DNA of 49,370 nt from Minisyncoccota bacterium (GCA_035402745.1 DAONDV010000002.1:1-49370), one strand, 5' to 3'. Shown: positions 8,341 to 17,319, counted from the first letter of the stretch. A program made the numbers and translations. Notes: a model not told the origin generated them from the sequence alone.

Positions 8341-8590
8341 GCGGAGGGTGAAACCCGCCTACGCACGAAACTTCTGCCTTTGCTAAAGCTTCGGCAGACA
8401 AGTCGGCGGGCAGGAATTCTCAATCACGATAAGGCGGTGGGTATAGGACTTGAACCTATACGCCCCTTTTACGGGGCTCTGCTTTTCGAGAGCAGCGCCT
8501 TACCATTCGGCACAACCCACCATTTTTGACCCCTAACGCCACTTCCGCCCAAGGCGGATCAGTCCTTTGACTGACTGGCAACCCTCCGTT
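8341..8590 (-). ncRNA. GC-rich structured leader and trailer enclosing tRNA-Ser(CGA) (putative single primary transcript)
   Basis: The 5' CGGAGGGU (8588-8581) is the exact complement of the 3' ACCCUCCG (8349-8342). Internal hairpins at 8559-8574, 8545-8557 and nested 8354-8410. Flanked by a promoter and a U-tract. Confidence 0.4.
8435..8521 (-). tRNA. tRNA-Ser (anticodon CGA), class II with long variable arm, no encoded CCA
   Basis: Manual cloverleaf: acceptor GGUGGGU/ACCCACC, anticodon stem CUGCU/AGCAG with loop CU-CGA-AA, variable arm CCCC-GUAAAA-GGGG, T arm AUAGG-UUCAAGU-CCUAU, discriminator G. Confidence 0.9.
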
Positions 8591-8596
8591 TATACT

Positions 8597-8625
8597 ATAT
8601 TACATTTCGAAAAGAATTTTGGCAA
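8597..8625 (-). promoter_or_regulatory. Sigma70-like promoter of the tRNA-Ser(CGA) unit
   Basis: Minus strand TTGCCA-17 nt-TAATAT. The predicted start at about 8590 coincides with the first base of the closing helix. Confidence 0.5.
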
Positions 8626-8661
8626 ACAAAAAATCGCTTCGACGATTTCGTCGAAGCGATT
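8625..8661 (-). terminator. Intrinsic terminator after the beta-CASP gene
   Basis: AATCGCTTCGACGA / TCGTCGAAGCGATT perfect palindrome followed by U6 on the minus strand. Confidence 0.7.
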
Positions 8662-8672
8662 AAAATCATTTC

Positions 8673-10061
8673 TTAATTAGAATCGTCTAATTCAATAATA
8701 GAATCATGATCCGGACTTTCGGTCAATAAACCGAATAAATCACGTATCTTGCTAGATAAGACCTCCCGCGCTTCTGGATCGCCATGAACCACAAAAACCT
8801 TTTTCAAAGTAAAACGCATAGGCTTAATCCACCCCAAAAGCATAGATTGATCGGCATGCGCTGAATAAGCTGATATTTCCTTCACTTTAGCATTTACCGA
8901 AACTTTCTCTCCATAAATATTAACAACCTTTTCTCCATCTACAAGCTTGCGACCCAATGTTCCTGCCATTTGATAACCCACTATTAATAGTATGTTATTG
9001 GGATCGGGTAAATAATTTTTTTCATGATGCAAGATTCTCCCTCCCTGCGAAGAACCAGAACCGGCCATAACTAATTTCGGCGGTAATACCGTAGCAATGG
9101 CTTTGGATTCCTCCGAAGACATAGTAAATTTTAACCCAGGAAAATCAAAGAAATTATCGGAAGCATTACTTACAGACTTAAACGCATCCAAACGGAAATA
9201 AGTAAGATATTTTTGATAAACCTCCGTAAGCTTAATAGCCAAAGGACTATCTATAAAAATAGGAATTTGTTGAATTCGTTTATTCTCCACTAGCTCATTC
9301 AATTCAAATAACAACTCCTGCGTTCTTTCCATAGCAAAAGTCGGAATCATCAAAACTCCCTTATTCATAACCGCCTCTTCTATAGTATCCTCCAAAAGAT
9401 TTTTTCTTTGGTCTAAATTTTCATGCAAACGATTTCCATAAGTTGATTCCACAAAACAATAATCTCCCTCAGAAAGTTCTTCCATCTCCGGTAATAATTG
9501 ATTTTGCGGATTACCCAAATCTCCGGAGAAAATAACTCTGATTTCTTTTTTGGGCGATGTTTTTATTTTTAAAAGAATAATACAAGAACCCAGTACGTGC
9601 CCGGCATTATAAAAAGCAAAGGAAAATTTTGGAGAGATTTCAACTTCTTTATGATATTCAACGGTTTCCCACAGACTCATAGATTTATCAATATCAGCCG
9701 CGGAGTAAAGTTCTTCCTCTCTATTTTTTTCAGCATCATCAGCCAAGAGGCCCTGTGTGTCTCTCAACATCAAATCGGCAAAATCTTTAGTAGGAGGAGT
9801 GGAATAAATTTTTTTAGAAAAACCTCTTTTAGCAAGAAGGGGCAAACGACCAGTATGGTCGATATGCGAATGAGTGATCAAAACAGCTTTTAAATCCGCA
9901 GGATCAAATCTAAATTTGTCATAATTTAATTTTTCGTATTCTTTTCCTTGATAAAGTCCGCAATCAATCAAAATCTGATCGCCCCCGCAATCAACAAGAT
10001 AGCTAGAAGCGCCTACGCCTTTACTTTCGCTCAAACAATATATTTTAGTTTTTGATGCCAT
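8673..10061 (-). CDS. MBL-fold metallo-hydrolase with beta-CASP / RNA-specificity domain (RNase J/CPSF-like nuclease)
   Basis: HSHIDHTGRLP (HxHxDH). Downstream D and H motifs (ESTYG.., AYSAHADQ) are typical of beta-CASP. Confidence 0.8.
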   Translation of the reverse strand: MASKTKIYCLSESKGVGASSYLVDCGGDQILIDCGLYQGKEYEKLNYDKFRFDPADLKAVLITHSHIDHTGRLPLLAKRGFSKKIYSTPPTKDFADLMLRDTQGLLADDAEKNREEELYSAADIDKSMSLWETVEYHKEVEISPKFSFAFYNAGHVLGSCIILLKIKTSPKKEIRVIFSGDLGNPQNQLLPEMEELSEGDYCFVESTYGNRLHENLDQRKNLLEDTIEEAVMNKGVLMIPTFAMERTQELLFELNELVENKRIQQIPIFIDSPLAIKLTEVYQKYLTYFRLDAFKSVSNASDNFFDFPGLKFTMSSEESKAIATVLPPKLVMAGSGSSQGGRILHHEKNYLPDPNNILLIVGYQMAGTLGRKLVDGEKVVNIYGEKVSVNAKVKEISAYSAHADQSMLLGWIKPMRFTLKKVFVVHGDPEAREVLSSKIRDLFGLLTESPDHDSIIELDDSN

Positions 10062-10101
10062 ATTATTATTTTAACAAAAAATTGCGATTAAAACAAAATT
10101 T

Positions 10102-11313
10102 TTATTTATTCTCAAAAATGGAAACCTTACCATATTCACCGTCATAACCAGGCTGAATGCTAATATTTCCATTACGCACCCTATCAATAGCATCGGCCAA
10201 CTCATTAAAACCATGGGATTTGATTTCTTCTATGGGCACATCTATTAAAATTGCCAATTCTGTGCCGAAAACATCAATTAAACGCTCATATTCAGCTTTC
10301 ACTTTTTTAGTAATGGAAGCAACGCCAAAAATTTCTTTAATAATTTCCGATAAAGGAACTATCTTTTTAAAAGGCACACGAGTTTTAGAAACAAAATTAT
10401 TAGGTCGATCCGCCAACTCATTGACTCTATACATAACCCCCACAGTCAAAGGCTTGCCGCATTGCGGACAAATTTTGTTTTTTTTCTTAGTTTCTTCCGG
10501 AGGCAATACTATCCCACACAAACGATGTCCGTCATAATGATATTTTCCTTCTTCAGGGAAAAATTCAATGGTATATAAAAACTTTTTTAAATCACGACTT
10601 TTAATCGCGTCAACAATACCGGCAAAAGAAAGTTCCGTATCAAAGACATTAGCCTCTCTGCCAATTTTTTCCGCGGAATGGGAATCAGAATTAGAAATTA
10701 AAGAAATATTATCCAATTTAGATAGACGCCAATTCATAGCCGGATCAGATGACAAACCGGTTTCAATGGCAAAAATTTTATCGGAATATTCTCCAAAGCA
10801 TTCTTCAATCGTATCAAAACCGGACATAGAACCAAAAACCGAAAACCATGGAGTCCAAGCATGCGCCGGAATAATTACCGCTTCTTCGGAAATGCCAAAA
10901 ACCAATTTTGCCAAATCCATAGAAGAAATTCCCAAAATCGGACGACCGTCTGATTTGATATTCCCCTGCCAACTCAATGCGATATTTATTTTTTCTGCCA
11001 CCTCCATACTAGGCGCTAAAATCAAATTATGAACACGTCGAGTTTTCCCACCTTGAGAATAGATACTGGAAATTTCTACGGACAATAAAAAACGAGTACC
11101 CGTTTCACTACCCTTTAATTTATATAATCCCGGTTCAGCTGCTTCTAATTTATTTTTAATTTCTTGAAACCAAGCCGGATGCGTAAAATCACCGGTAGCC
11201 ATTACTTTAATGCCCTTAATTTTCGCCCACTTATCCAAAGATTCCAAATTCATTTCTTTGGAAGTGGCGCGCGAATATTTAGAATGAATATGCAAATCGG
11301 CAACAAACTTCAT
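10102..11313 (-). CDS. PHP-domain endonuclease Q-like protein
   Basis: N-terminal ADLHIHSKYSRATS PHP metal site and a C-terminal CPQCGKPLTVGVMYRV zinc-finger block, as in the EndoQ/TIGR00375 family. Confidence 0.65.
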   Translation of the reverse strand: MKFVADLHIHSKYSRATSKEMNLESLDKWAKIKGIKVMATGDFTHPAWFQEIKNKLEAAEPGLYKLKGSETGTRFLLSVEISSIYSQGGKTRRVHNLILAPSMEVAEKINIALSWQGNIKSDGRPILGISSMDLAKLVFGISEEAVIIPAHAWTPWFSVFGSMSGFDTIEECFGEYSDKIFAIETGLSSDPAMNWRLSKLDNISLISNSDSHSAEKIGREANVFDTELSFAGIVDAIKSRDLKKFLYTIEFFPEEGKYHYDGHRLCGIVLPPEETKKKNKICPQCGKPLTVGVMYRVNELADRPNNFVSKTRVPFKKIVPLSEIIKEIFGVASITKKVKAEYERLIDVFGTELAILIDVPIEEIKSHGFNELADAIDRVRNGNISIQPGYDGEYGKVSIFENK

Positions 11314-11421
11314 TTTATAAAAAACTTTATCTTTGTATCATTATAACAAAATACAGGGACTTTATCCAAAAGTCCAAATAATTTTGACTAAAAGCCGCAA
11401 ATAAATTAATATATCCTTATT

Positions 11422-11511
11422 GGAGGCGTGCCTGAGTGGTTGAAAGGGCCAGTCTTGAAAACTGGTATATCAGAAATGGTATCAGAGGTTCGAATCCTCT
11501 CGCCTCCGCCA
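11422..11511 (+). tRNA. tRNA-Ser (anticodon TGA), long variable arm, CCA encoded
   Basis: Acceptor GGAGGCG/CGCCUCC, anticodon stem CCAGU/ACUGG with loop CU-UGA-AA, T arm AGAGG-UUCGAAU-CCUCU, G73-CCA. Confidence 0.9.
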
Positions 11512-11539
11512 AGACAATTTTTTAAAAACCATAAAAGAG

Positions 11540-12337
11540 ATGGAAAAAATAAAACAACCAAAAATCGGCTTAGCTCTAGGTAGCGGTGGTGCCCGAGGAT
11601 TAGCTCACATTGGTGTTATTAAAGTTTTAGAAGAGAATAACATACCGATTGATTTTATTGCCGGTTCTAGCATTGGCGCCATGATTGGCGGATTTTATGC
11701 AGCCGGAATAGATATCAATATTATTGAAAAGATAGCATTAAGCACTAATTGGCGCGAAATATTTTCTATGATCGATCCGCATTTGGGACAAGGATTAATA
11801 GGTGGGAGAAAAGTAAAAACATTTATTGAAGACTATATCGGAAAAAAAGAATTCAAAGATTGCAGAATCCCCTTTGTAGCTGTAGCGACGGATTTAAAAA
11901 CAGGAGAAATTATAACTTTGGACAAAAATGAAATGGCAATAGCTATCAGAGCCAGCATTTCTATTCCCCTGGTTTTCAAGCCAGTAGAAATAGAAAATAG
12001 GATGCTGGTCGACGGAGGAATATCAGCGCCCGTTCCGGTAGACATAGTTAGAAATATGGGAGCGGATATAGTCATTGCCGTCAATTTAGATAAGCACTAC
12101 TACAACGAAAAATTTAAAACTGGATGGTATGACACAGCTAACGACGCATTAAACATCTTGCGTCATCATTTGGCGCGTCTCAATACAATAAACGCGGACT
12201 TAGTCATCGATATGGATGTTAGCAAAAGTTATTGGTATGAATTTGTTGACGGTCAAGACAAAATTTCAATCGGAGAACGAACAATGAAAGAATTATTGCC
12301 GAAATTAAAAGAAATAATGCAACAAAAGACAAAATGA
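11540..12337 (+). CDS. Patatin-like phospholipase
   Basis: GSGGARG oxyanion motif, GSSIG nucleophile elbow, DGG catalytic Asp motif. Confidence 0.85.
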   Translation: MEKIKQPKIGLALGSGGARGLAHIGVIKVLEENNIPIDFIAGSSIGAMIGGFYAAGIDINIIEKIALSTNWREIFSMIDPHLGQGLIGGRKVKTFIEDYIGKKEFKDCRIPFVAVATDLKTGEIITLDKNEMAIAIRASISIPLVFKPVEIENRMLVDGGISAPVPVDIVRNMGADIVIAVNLDKHYYNEKFKTGWYDTANDALNILRHHLARLNTINADLVIDMDVSKSYWYEFVDGQDKISIGERTMKELLPKLKEIMQQKTK

Positions 12338-13023
12338 GTATTTTATTGTTAATCGCTTGGATTATTGGCGTTACCAGCTTCACCTTACTAGGTAGCTGGT
12401 ATGCCAGAAAATACAATCGTTCTGATTTGTTAATCGGACTTTATGTCACTTTTATATTGGTGGCGCAAATTTTAGCAACCAAAGTAGCCGAATTTAATTT
12501 GGGATTTAAAACTTTTACCGGACCGGCCGGAATCATCATTTTTTCCGTCACCTTTTTACTCACCGATATTGTTAATGAAAAATTCGGGAGAAAAGAAACC
12601 CATAAAATGATTGGCATCGCCTTCATTTCTCAAGTGGCTATGATTTTCTTTTTTTGGATTGGCACTAAATTACCGGCAGCCTCTTACTGGACACTACAAA
12701 AATCCTGGGAACAAATTTTTGGCTTAGTACCACGCATTACCTTGGCGAGTTGGATTGCTTTTCTTATTAGCGAAAATGCCGATGCTTATATATTTTCCTG
12801 GTTCAAAAAAATAACTAAAGGCAAACATTTATGGATGAGAAATATTTTCAGTACTATTCCTGCCCTCTTAATAGATTCACTAATTTTTATTCCTCTCGCC
12901 TTCTTGGGTGTAATGCCAATTCTACCACTAATTATCGGGCAAACCGCCGTGAAATGGCTGATTGGTATTATTAATATCCCATTTATGTATTTAAACAGAG
13001 CTATTTTAGAAAAAAATAAATAA
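12334..13023 (+). CDS. YhhQ/VUT family queuosine-precursor transporter-like membrane protein
   Basis: 6 TM helices. FLLTDIVNEKFGRKET block resembles the YhhQ family. ATGA overlap with the patatin gene. Confidence 0.6.
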   Translation: MSILLLIAWIIGVTSFTLLGSWYARKYNRSDLLIGLYVTFILVAQILATKVAEFNLGFKTFTGPAGIIIFSVTFLLTDIVNEKFGRKETHKMIGIAFISQVAMIFFFWIGTKLPAASYWTLQKSWEQIFGLVPRITLASWIAFLISENADAYIFSWFKKITKGKHLWMRNIFSTIPALLIDSLIFIPLAFLGVMPILPLIIGQTAVKWLIGIINIPFMYLNRAILEKNK

Positions 13024-13049
13024 AACGCCCCTTAAACTTACAAATATAT

Positions 13050-13082
13050 TCCCGACCAATCACAAAATAATCGGGATTTTTT
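13050..13082 (+). terminator. Possible intrinsic terminator
   Basis: TCCCGA...TCGGGA stem followed by T6. The loop is long. Confidence 0.4.
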
Positions 13083-13151
13083 ACAATTGCCTTTCAAATG
13101 CGTAAATGATAAGATATTAATACAATTGTCGCGATTATTATCAAATTAAAT

Positions 13152-13649
13152 ATGAACGAATTAAATAACAAAGAAATCTGCTGCCCAGAATTCCATCCGG
13201 AAAAATGGGAAGTAAAAACTCACCAATGGAATAACAAGCTATTTATCAAAGAAACGATGCCAACTTTTTTCCACATGCCCCTTCCATCCATAATAAATAA
13301 AAAAGTTACAAAAATGTGCCAAATGATGGAAGAAGCGAAAATGACGGAAAGCAACCCAGAAGATGTCTTATTACTATTCCGCGACCCTAGCGCCTTCAAG
13401 TCAGAAATATATTTATCCGTCGCCGGAGAAATACCAAAAGCAAATAACATCGGTGTTTCCGGATTGTTCTTCAGTAAAGTTTTTGCCGGACCATACAAAG
13501 ATGTTCCAAAATTTATAAAACAAATGGATGAACATCTTGCAAAAGAAAACAAAAAAGCCAAAGATTATTATATTCATTATGCCTATTGCCCCAAATGCGC
13601 TGAGAAGTACGGAAAAAATTATATGATAATTTTTGCACAAATAAGTTAA
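13152..13649 (+). CDS. Conserved-looking hypothetical protein with N- and C-terminal Cys pairs
   Basis: ORF only. CC at aa 10-11 and CPKC near the C-terminus. Directly precedes cysS (3-nt gap). Confidence 0.55.
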   Translation: MNELNNKEICCPEFHPEKWEVKTHQWNNKLFIKETMPTFFHMPLPSIINKKVTKMCQMMEEAKMTESNPEDVLLLFRDPSAFKSEIYLSVAGEIPKANNIGVSGLFFSKVFAGPYKDVPKFIKQMDEHLAKENKKAKDYYIHYAYCPKCAEKYGKNYMIIFAQIS

Positions 13650-13651
13650 TT

Positions 13652-15025
13652 ATGAATCAAAACAAAATCTTTTTTTATAACACTCTAGGAAGAAAACTGG
13701 AAGAATTCAAACCGATTAAACCCGGTGAAGTTTCAATTTATTCCTGCGGGCCCACTGTCTACTGGTATCAGCATATTGGAAATTTACGAAGCTATATTTT
13801 CGCCGATGTTTTAAAAAAGACTTTAATTTTCAATGACTACAAAGTAACTCATATCATCAATGTCACTGATGTTGGACACTTAACCAGCGATGCCGACGAA
13901 GGAGAAGATAAAATGGAAAAGGCCAGCGCTAAAGAAGGAAAAACAGCTAAAGAAATCGCCGAATATTACTTTCAAATTTTTAGAGACGACTTTAAAAAAT
14001 TAAATATTACCGAGCCCAATGTCTGGCCCAAAGCGTCCGAACATATTAAAGAACAAATGGCTTTAATTGAAACTTTGGAGCAGAAAGGATTTACTTACAA
14101 AACCGCCGATGGTATTTATTTTGACACCTCTAAATTCCCTCACTACGGAGAACTATCAGGACAAAATCTTAGCGATATAAAAGCCGGATCACGCGTGGAA
14201 TTACGCGATAAAAAAAATCCCACGGACTTCGCTTTGTGGAAATTTTCTGAAAACCCGGGCAAGCGTCAACAAGAATGGGAAAGCCCTTGGGGCGTCGGCT
14301 TCCCCGGATGGCATTTAGAATGTTCCGCTATGTCTATGAAATACCTAGGCGAAACTCTTGATATTCATACGGGAGGAGAAGATCACATTAATATTCATCA
14401 CACCAATGAAATAGCCCAATCAGAAGCAGCTACCGGAAAAACATTTGTTCATTATTGGCTACACGGCGCTTTTTTAACTTCCAGGGGGGAAAAAATATCC
14501 AAGTCTAAAGGCGGTCTTTATACCATTAGCGAATTAAAAAAACTTGGTTATGAACCAATGCATTTTCGTTATTTGGTTTTGGGAACACATTACCGCAAAC
14601 CATTAGATTTTTCTTTAGAAGCTTTGGATGGCGCTAAAAACGCTTATGAAAGAATGGCGAATATCACATCAGATATCAAAGACGACGAAAAAATTAATGA
14701 CAAATATTTAGCGGAATTTCAAGAAAAAATAAATAATGACTTAGATATGCCCGGAGCTTTGGCCGTATTATGGAATTTATTACGAGACGAAAAAGCCGAA
14801 GGAAAAAAACAAACTATCAATAAAATGGATGAGGTTCTTGGATTGAAATTAAATCAAAAAGAAAAAATGGAAATACCCGATCAGATAGAAATACTCATGA
14901 AAGAACGTGAGCAAGCCAGAAAAAACAAGGATTGGAAATTATCCGATGAATTACGCGATAAAATCAAAGAACAAGGATATATAGTAGAAGACAAACCGGA
15001 CGGACAAAAAATAAAAAAGGCATAA
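13652..15025 (+). CDS. cysS: Cysteinyl-tRNA synthetase
   Basis: CGPTVYWYQHIGNLR (HIGH region) and KISKSKG (KMSKS). Confidence 0.95.
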   Translation: MNQNKIFFYNTLGRKLEEFKPIKPGEVSIYSCGPTVYWYQHIGNLRSYIFADVLKKTLIFNDYKVTHIINVTDVGHLTSDADEGEDKMEKASAKEGKTAKEIAEYYFQIFRDDFKKLNITEPNVWPKASEHIKEQMALIETLEQKGFTYKTADGIYFDTSKFPHYGELSGQNLSDIKAGSRVELRDKKNPTDFALWKFSENPGKRQQEWESPWGVGFPGWHLECSAMSMKYLGETLDIHTGGEDHINIHHTNEIAQSEAATGKTFVHYWLHGAFLTSRGEKISKSKGGLYTISELKKLGYEPMHFRYLVLGTHYRKPLDFSLEALDGAKNAYERMANITSDIKDDEKINDKYLAEFQEKINNDLDMPGALAVLWNLLRDEKAEGKKQTINKMDEVLGLKLNQKEKMEIPDQIEILMKEREQARKNKDWKLSDELRDKIKEQGYIVEDKPDGQKIKKA

Positions 15026-15065
15026 AAAAATCGCTTCAATGCATTACCTGCATCGAAGCGATTTT
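15024..15065. terminator. Bidirectional hairpin terminator after cysS
   Basis: A-run, AATCGCTTCAATGCA / TGCATCGAAGCGATT stem, T-run. Confidence 0.65.
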
Positions 15066-15075
15066 AAATTAAATA

Positions 15076-15321
15076 TTACGTAATCGGTTTTTTAAAACAC
15101 ATAACCAACAAAACAAGAATAAATACGGAGCTAAGAAAAATTTCAAGAAACATTGCAAAGCCATTACCAATGCCAAAAAAACAAATAAAAAAAGCAGTTA
15201 TAATACAAACAAGAATATATAAACATACTAGATTAAACACTCCCCATTTCCACCCGCGTCTCCAAGCGACAATTATTAGAATAATCTTCACAATAAGAAA
15301 CAAAATTGAAAGAATGTTCAC
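15076..15321 (-). CDS. Small integral membrane protein (81 aa)
   Basis: ORF with 3 hydrophobic helices. No recognisable family. Confidence 0.45.
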   Translation of the reverse strand: MNILSILFLIVKIILIIVAWRRGWKWGVFNLVCLYILVCIITAFFICFFGIGNGFAMFLEIFLSSVFILVLLVMCFKKPIT

Positions 15322-15405
15322 TTTGGCCTCCTATTATTAATTTTTTAAAAAATATAAATACTAAAACTAGCTTAAACTGGTAAGTATAATTTGTCAAGTA
15401 ACAAA

Positions 15406-15439
15406 CAAAAAATCATCCGCTTAAAGCGGATGATTTTTT
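15406..15439 (-). terminator. Intrinsic terminator after 15450..15929
   Basis: AAAAAATCATCCGC-TTAAA-GCGGATGATTTTTT. Confidence 0.7.
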
Positions 15440-15449
15440 AATACACAAT

Positions 15450-15929
15450 TTATTGATTTTTAGTATAGGCAACGATAACAAAAGATTGTTCTGGCAATTC
15501 TTGAGAAATGCTTACATTTAAAGATGTGGAATCTTTCGTGGCGTAAATAAAATAGTTATTACTATTTTCTTGCTTATTAACAACCAACCAACCATTACTA
15601 ACAATATAAGAAGAATAATCGTTAAATATTTTTACTAATGACTCGCTGGAAGAATAAGAGACCGCCTGTACAATTCCACTGTCATACTTTGTCTCTTGTG
15701 ATTGTAAAATGGCTCCCGCTTCAATCGGTAAACCACTCGGGAATCCTTCTGGTAATTCCCCGCTTATAACAACTTCAGTATTACCACCGTCGCTAGTTAT
15801 ATCAGAACCGTTATCGGCTATTTTCCAAAAATAATAGAAAACGCCAACAGCAATGATTACTACAACGATCAACAATATCCAAAGCCATTTTTTTGATTTT
15901 TTTGGATTTTCAATAATAATTTCAGCCAT
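15450..15929 (-). CDS. Membrane-anchored hypothetical protein (159 aa)
   Basis: N-terminal TM (WLWILLIVVVIIAVGVFYYFW) followed by a globular domain. Confidence 0.55.
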   Translation of the reverse strand: MAEIIIENPKKSKKWLWILLIVVVIIAVGVFYYFWKIADNGSDITSDGGNTEVVISGELPEGFPSGLPIEAGAILQSQETKYDSGIVQAVSYSSSESLVKIFNDYSSYIVSNGWLVVNKQENSNNYFIYATKDSTSLNVSISQELPEQSFVIVAYTKNQ

Positions 15930-15950
15930 AACTAAATATATTTGTCAGTA

Positions 15951-16076
15951 CTATATAACTTTTAGTACAAACAATAAAACAACAACGACAACAACTACGA
16001 TAGCGGCAATGATCCAACCCATTTTGGACTTCTTTGGGGCCACCGGCATTTGTTGATTTGGAGTGAATTGATCCAT
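15951..16076 (-). CDS. Possible 41-aa single-TM peptide (below the ORF-track cutoff)
   Basis: Manual translation: MDQFTPNQQMPVAPKKSKMGWIIAAIVVVVVVVLLFVLKVI. Sits immediately upstream of 15450..15929 on the same strand. Confidence 0.3.
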   Translation of the reverse strand: MDQFTPNQQMPVAPKKSKMGWIIAAIVVVVVVVLLFVLKVI

Positions 16077-16234
16077 AGTTTTTTAAAAATTAATGCGACT
16101 TTATTTGTTATTTAAACGTACGAACTTCAAATAAGAAGCTCTACTCCCTTATTATACACCCGACAAATAAAGCAAACAATCCTTTGTGTGGATAAAGCCT
16201 TTTTTATTGAATAAAAATAAGTTAAAATATAGTC

Positions 16235-16777
16235 ATGAGGAAGAAAAAAAACTCCGGCTTTACAATTATTGAAATGCTAGTCACTATTGGTGTTTTGACG
16301 CTTTTAAGCGGAATTTTAATTACCTATTCAAAAAGCGGAGAAAATGCCTCTGTTTTACTCCGACAAGGAGCTAAAATAGTAACCGATGTTAATCGCGCTA
16401 AAAATCTAGCAGTGACCACCGCCACTTTTACCGATAGCGAAGGAAATATCATTCATCCTTGCGGTTACGGAGTTTATTTTGACGACGTCTCAGAACCGAA
16501 TCGCTATATTATTTACGCCGACTTGTCTGTTACAAATTGTAAAGCTTCCGAACATATAAGACCCACCGACGGTTCAGCTGATGTGGAAGTAATTGATTTT
16601 AGCACATCCATTTTTATTGATAAAAAAAATATTGAAAGCGTTTTCTATCTCCCCCCCGATCCGGTTATATACTTTACTCCCTCGGAAATAGATGAAGCTT
16701 CTATTACAATAAAAGCTATCAGTGGAGCAAAAATTGAAATTAAAATGAGCAAGGCCGGACAAGTTTCCACATTTTAA
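16235..16777 (+). CDS. Type IV pilin-like protein (prepilin N-terminal cleavage/methylation motif)
   Basis: KKNSG/FTIIEMLVTIGVL class III signal. Confidence 0.8.
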   Translation: MRKKKNSGFTIIEMLVTIGVLTLLSGILITYSKSGENASVLLRQGAKIVTDVNRAKNLAVTTATFTDSEGNIIHPCGYGVYFDDVSEPNRYIIYADLSVTNCKASEHIRPTDGSADVEVIDFSTSIFIDKKNIESVFYLPPDPVIYFTPSEIDEASITIKAISGAKIEIKMSKAGQVSTF

Positions 16778-16800
16778 TAAATATTTAAAATAAAGAAAGA

Positions 16801-17319
16801 ATGAACTACAAAGAAATAAAACAAAACTCTGGATTTACATTAATCGAATCAATGATTGCGATTGCTTTAATTGTTTCGGGAATTACAGGATTAATGGTTT
16901 TAGTTAATCGCAGCATGGGATTCTCCACTACGGCCTTTAATGAATTAGCTGCCGCCAATTTAGCACAAGAAGGAATTGAATTAGTAAGAAATATCAGAGA
17001 TAACAATTGGACGCAACAAAAAAATTGGCTTACCGGATTACAAGACGGGACATATCAAGTTGATTACCACGATAACGAACTAATTAAATACAGCGAAGAA
17101 GGACCGGAGCAACCATTACTTCTGGAACAACCATTACTTTTTGATGAAATAGAAGGCTACAACTACACCATCGGCGATCCAACTTTTTACTACAGAAAAA
17201 TAGAGTTGAAAGCGGTAAACAGCAACGAACTAATAGTGAAATCAATTATTACCTGGTCAGCCAAGGGCGGAAAGAATTTTGAGACAGTCGTAGAAGATCA
17301 TTTATTCAACTGGCTATGA
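16801..17319 (+). CDS. Type IV minor pilin-like protein
   Basis: KQNSG/FTLIESMIAIALIV class III signal. Confidence 0.8.
   Translation: MNYKEIKQNSGFTLIESMIAIALIVSGITGLMVLVNRSMGFSTTAFNELAAANLAQEGIELVRNIRDNNWTQQKNWLTGLQDGTYQVDYHDNELIKYSEEGPEQPLLLEQPLLFDEIEGYNYTIGDPTFYYRKIELKAVNSNELIVKSIITWSAKGGKNFETVVEDHLFNWL
17107..17142 (+). repeat. 18-bp tandem duplication inside the pilin-like gene (EQPLLL-EQPLLF)
   Basis: GAGCAACCATTACTTCTG / GAACAACCATTACTTTTT, 15 of 18 identical. Confidence 0.85.

Noticed and set aside
8341-8590. Possibility that the GC-rich flanks of tRNA-Ser are a known RNA (RNase P RNA, SRP/4.5S RNA, tmRNA, 6S)
   Set aside because: I could not find the RNase P P4 core (GAGGAAAGUCC), the SRP domain IV GGAA-loop motif, or tmRNA acceptor/T-arm ends or a tag reading frame. 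A complete tRNA occupies the centre. The region is kept as an unclassified structured RNA.
10157-11032. Two long ORFs (126 and 154 aa) antisense to the EndoQ-like gene
   Set aside because: The sense strand has clear PHP and zinc-finger motifs. The antisense products are low-complexity and lack start signals.
8625-15065. Terminators at 8625-8661 and 15024-15065 share the stem AATCGCTTC...GAAGCGATT
   Set aside because: The shared part is only about 10 nt of the stem, the inner stems and loops differ, and both behave as ordinary terminators. This is most simply coincidence or a common terminator flavour. A whole-genome count would be needed to say more.
12334-17319. Possible alternative genetic code (UGA recoding, as in some CPR lineages)
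   Set aside because: TGA serves as the stop in the ATGA overlaps at 12334-12337 and 17316-17319, and all recognisable genes are intact under the standard code.
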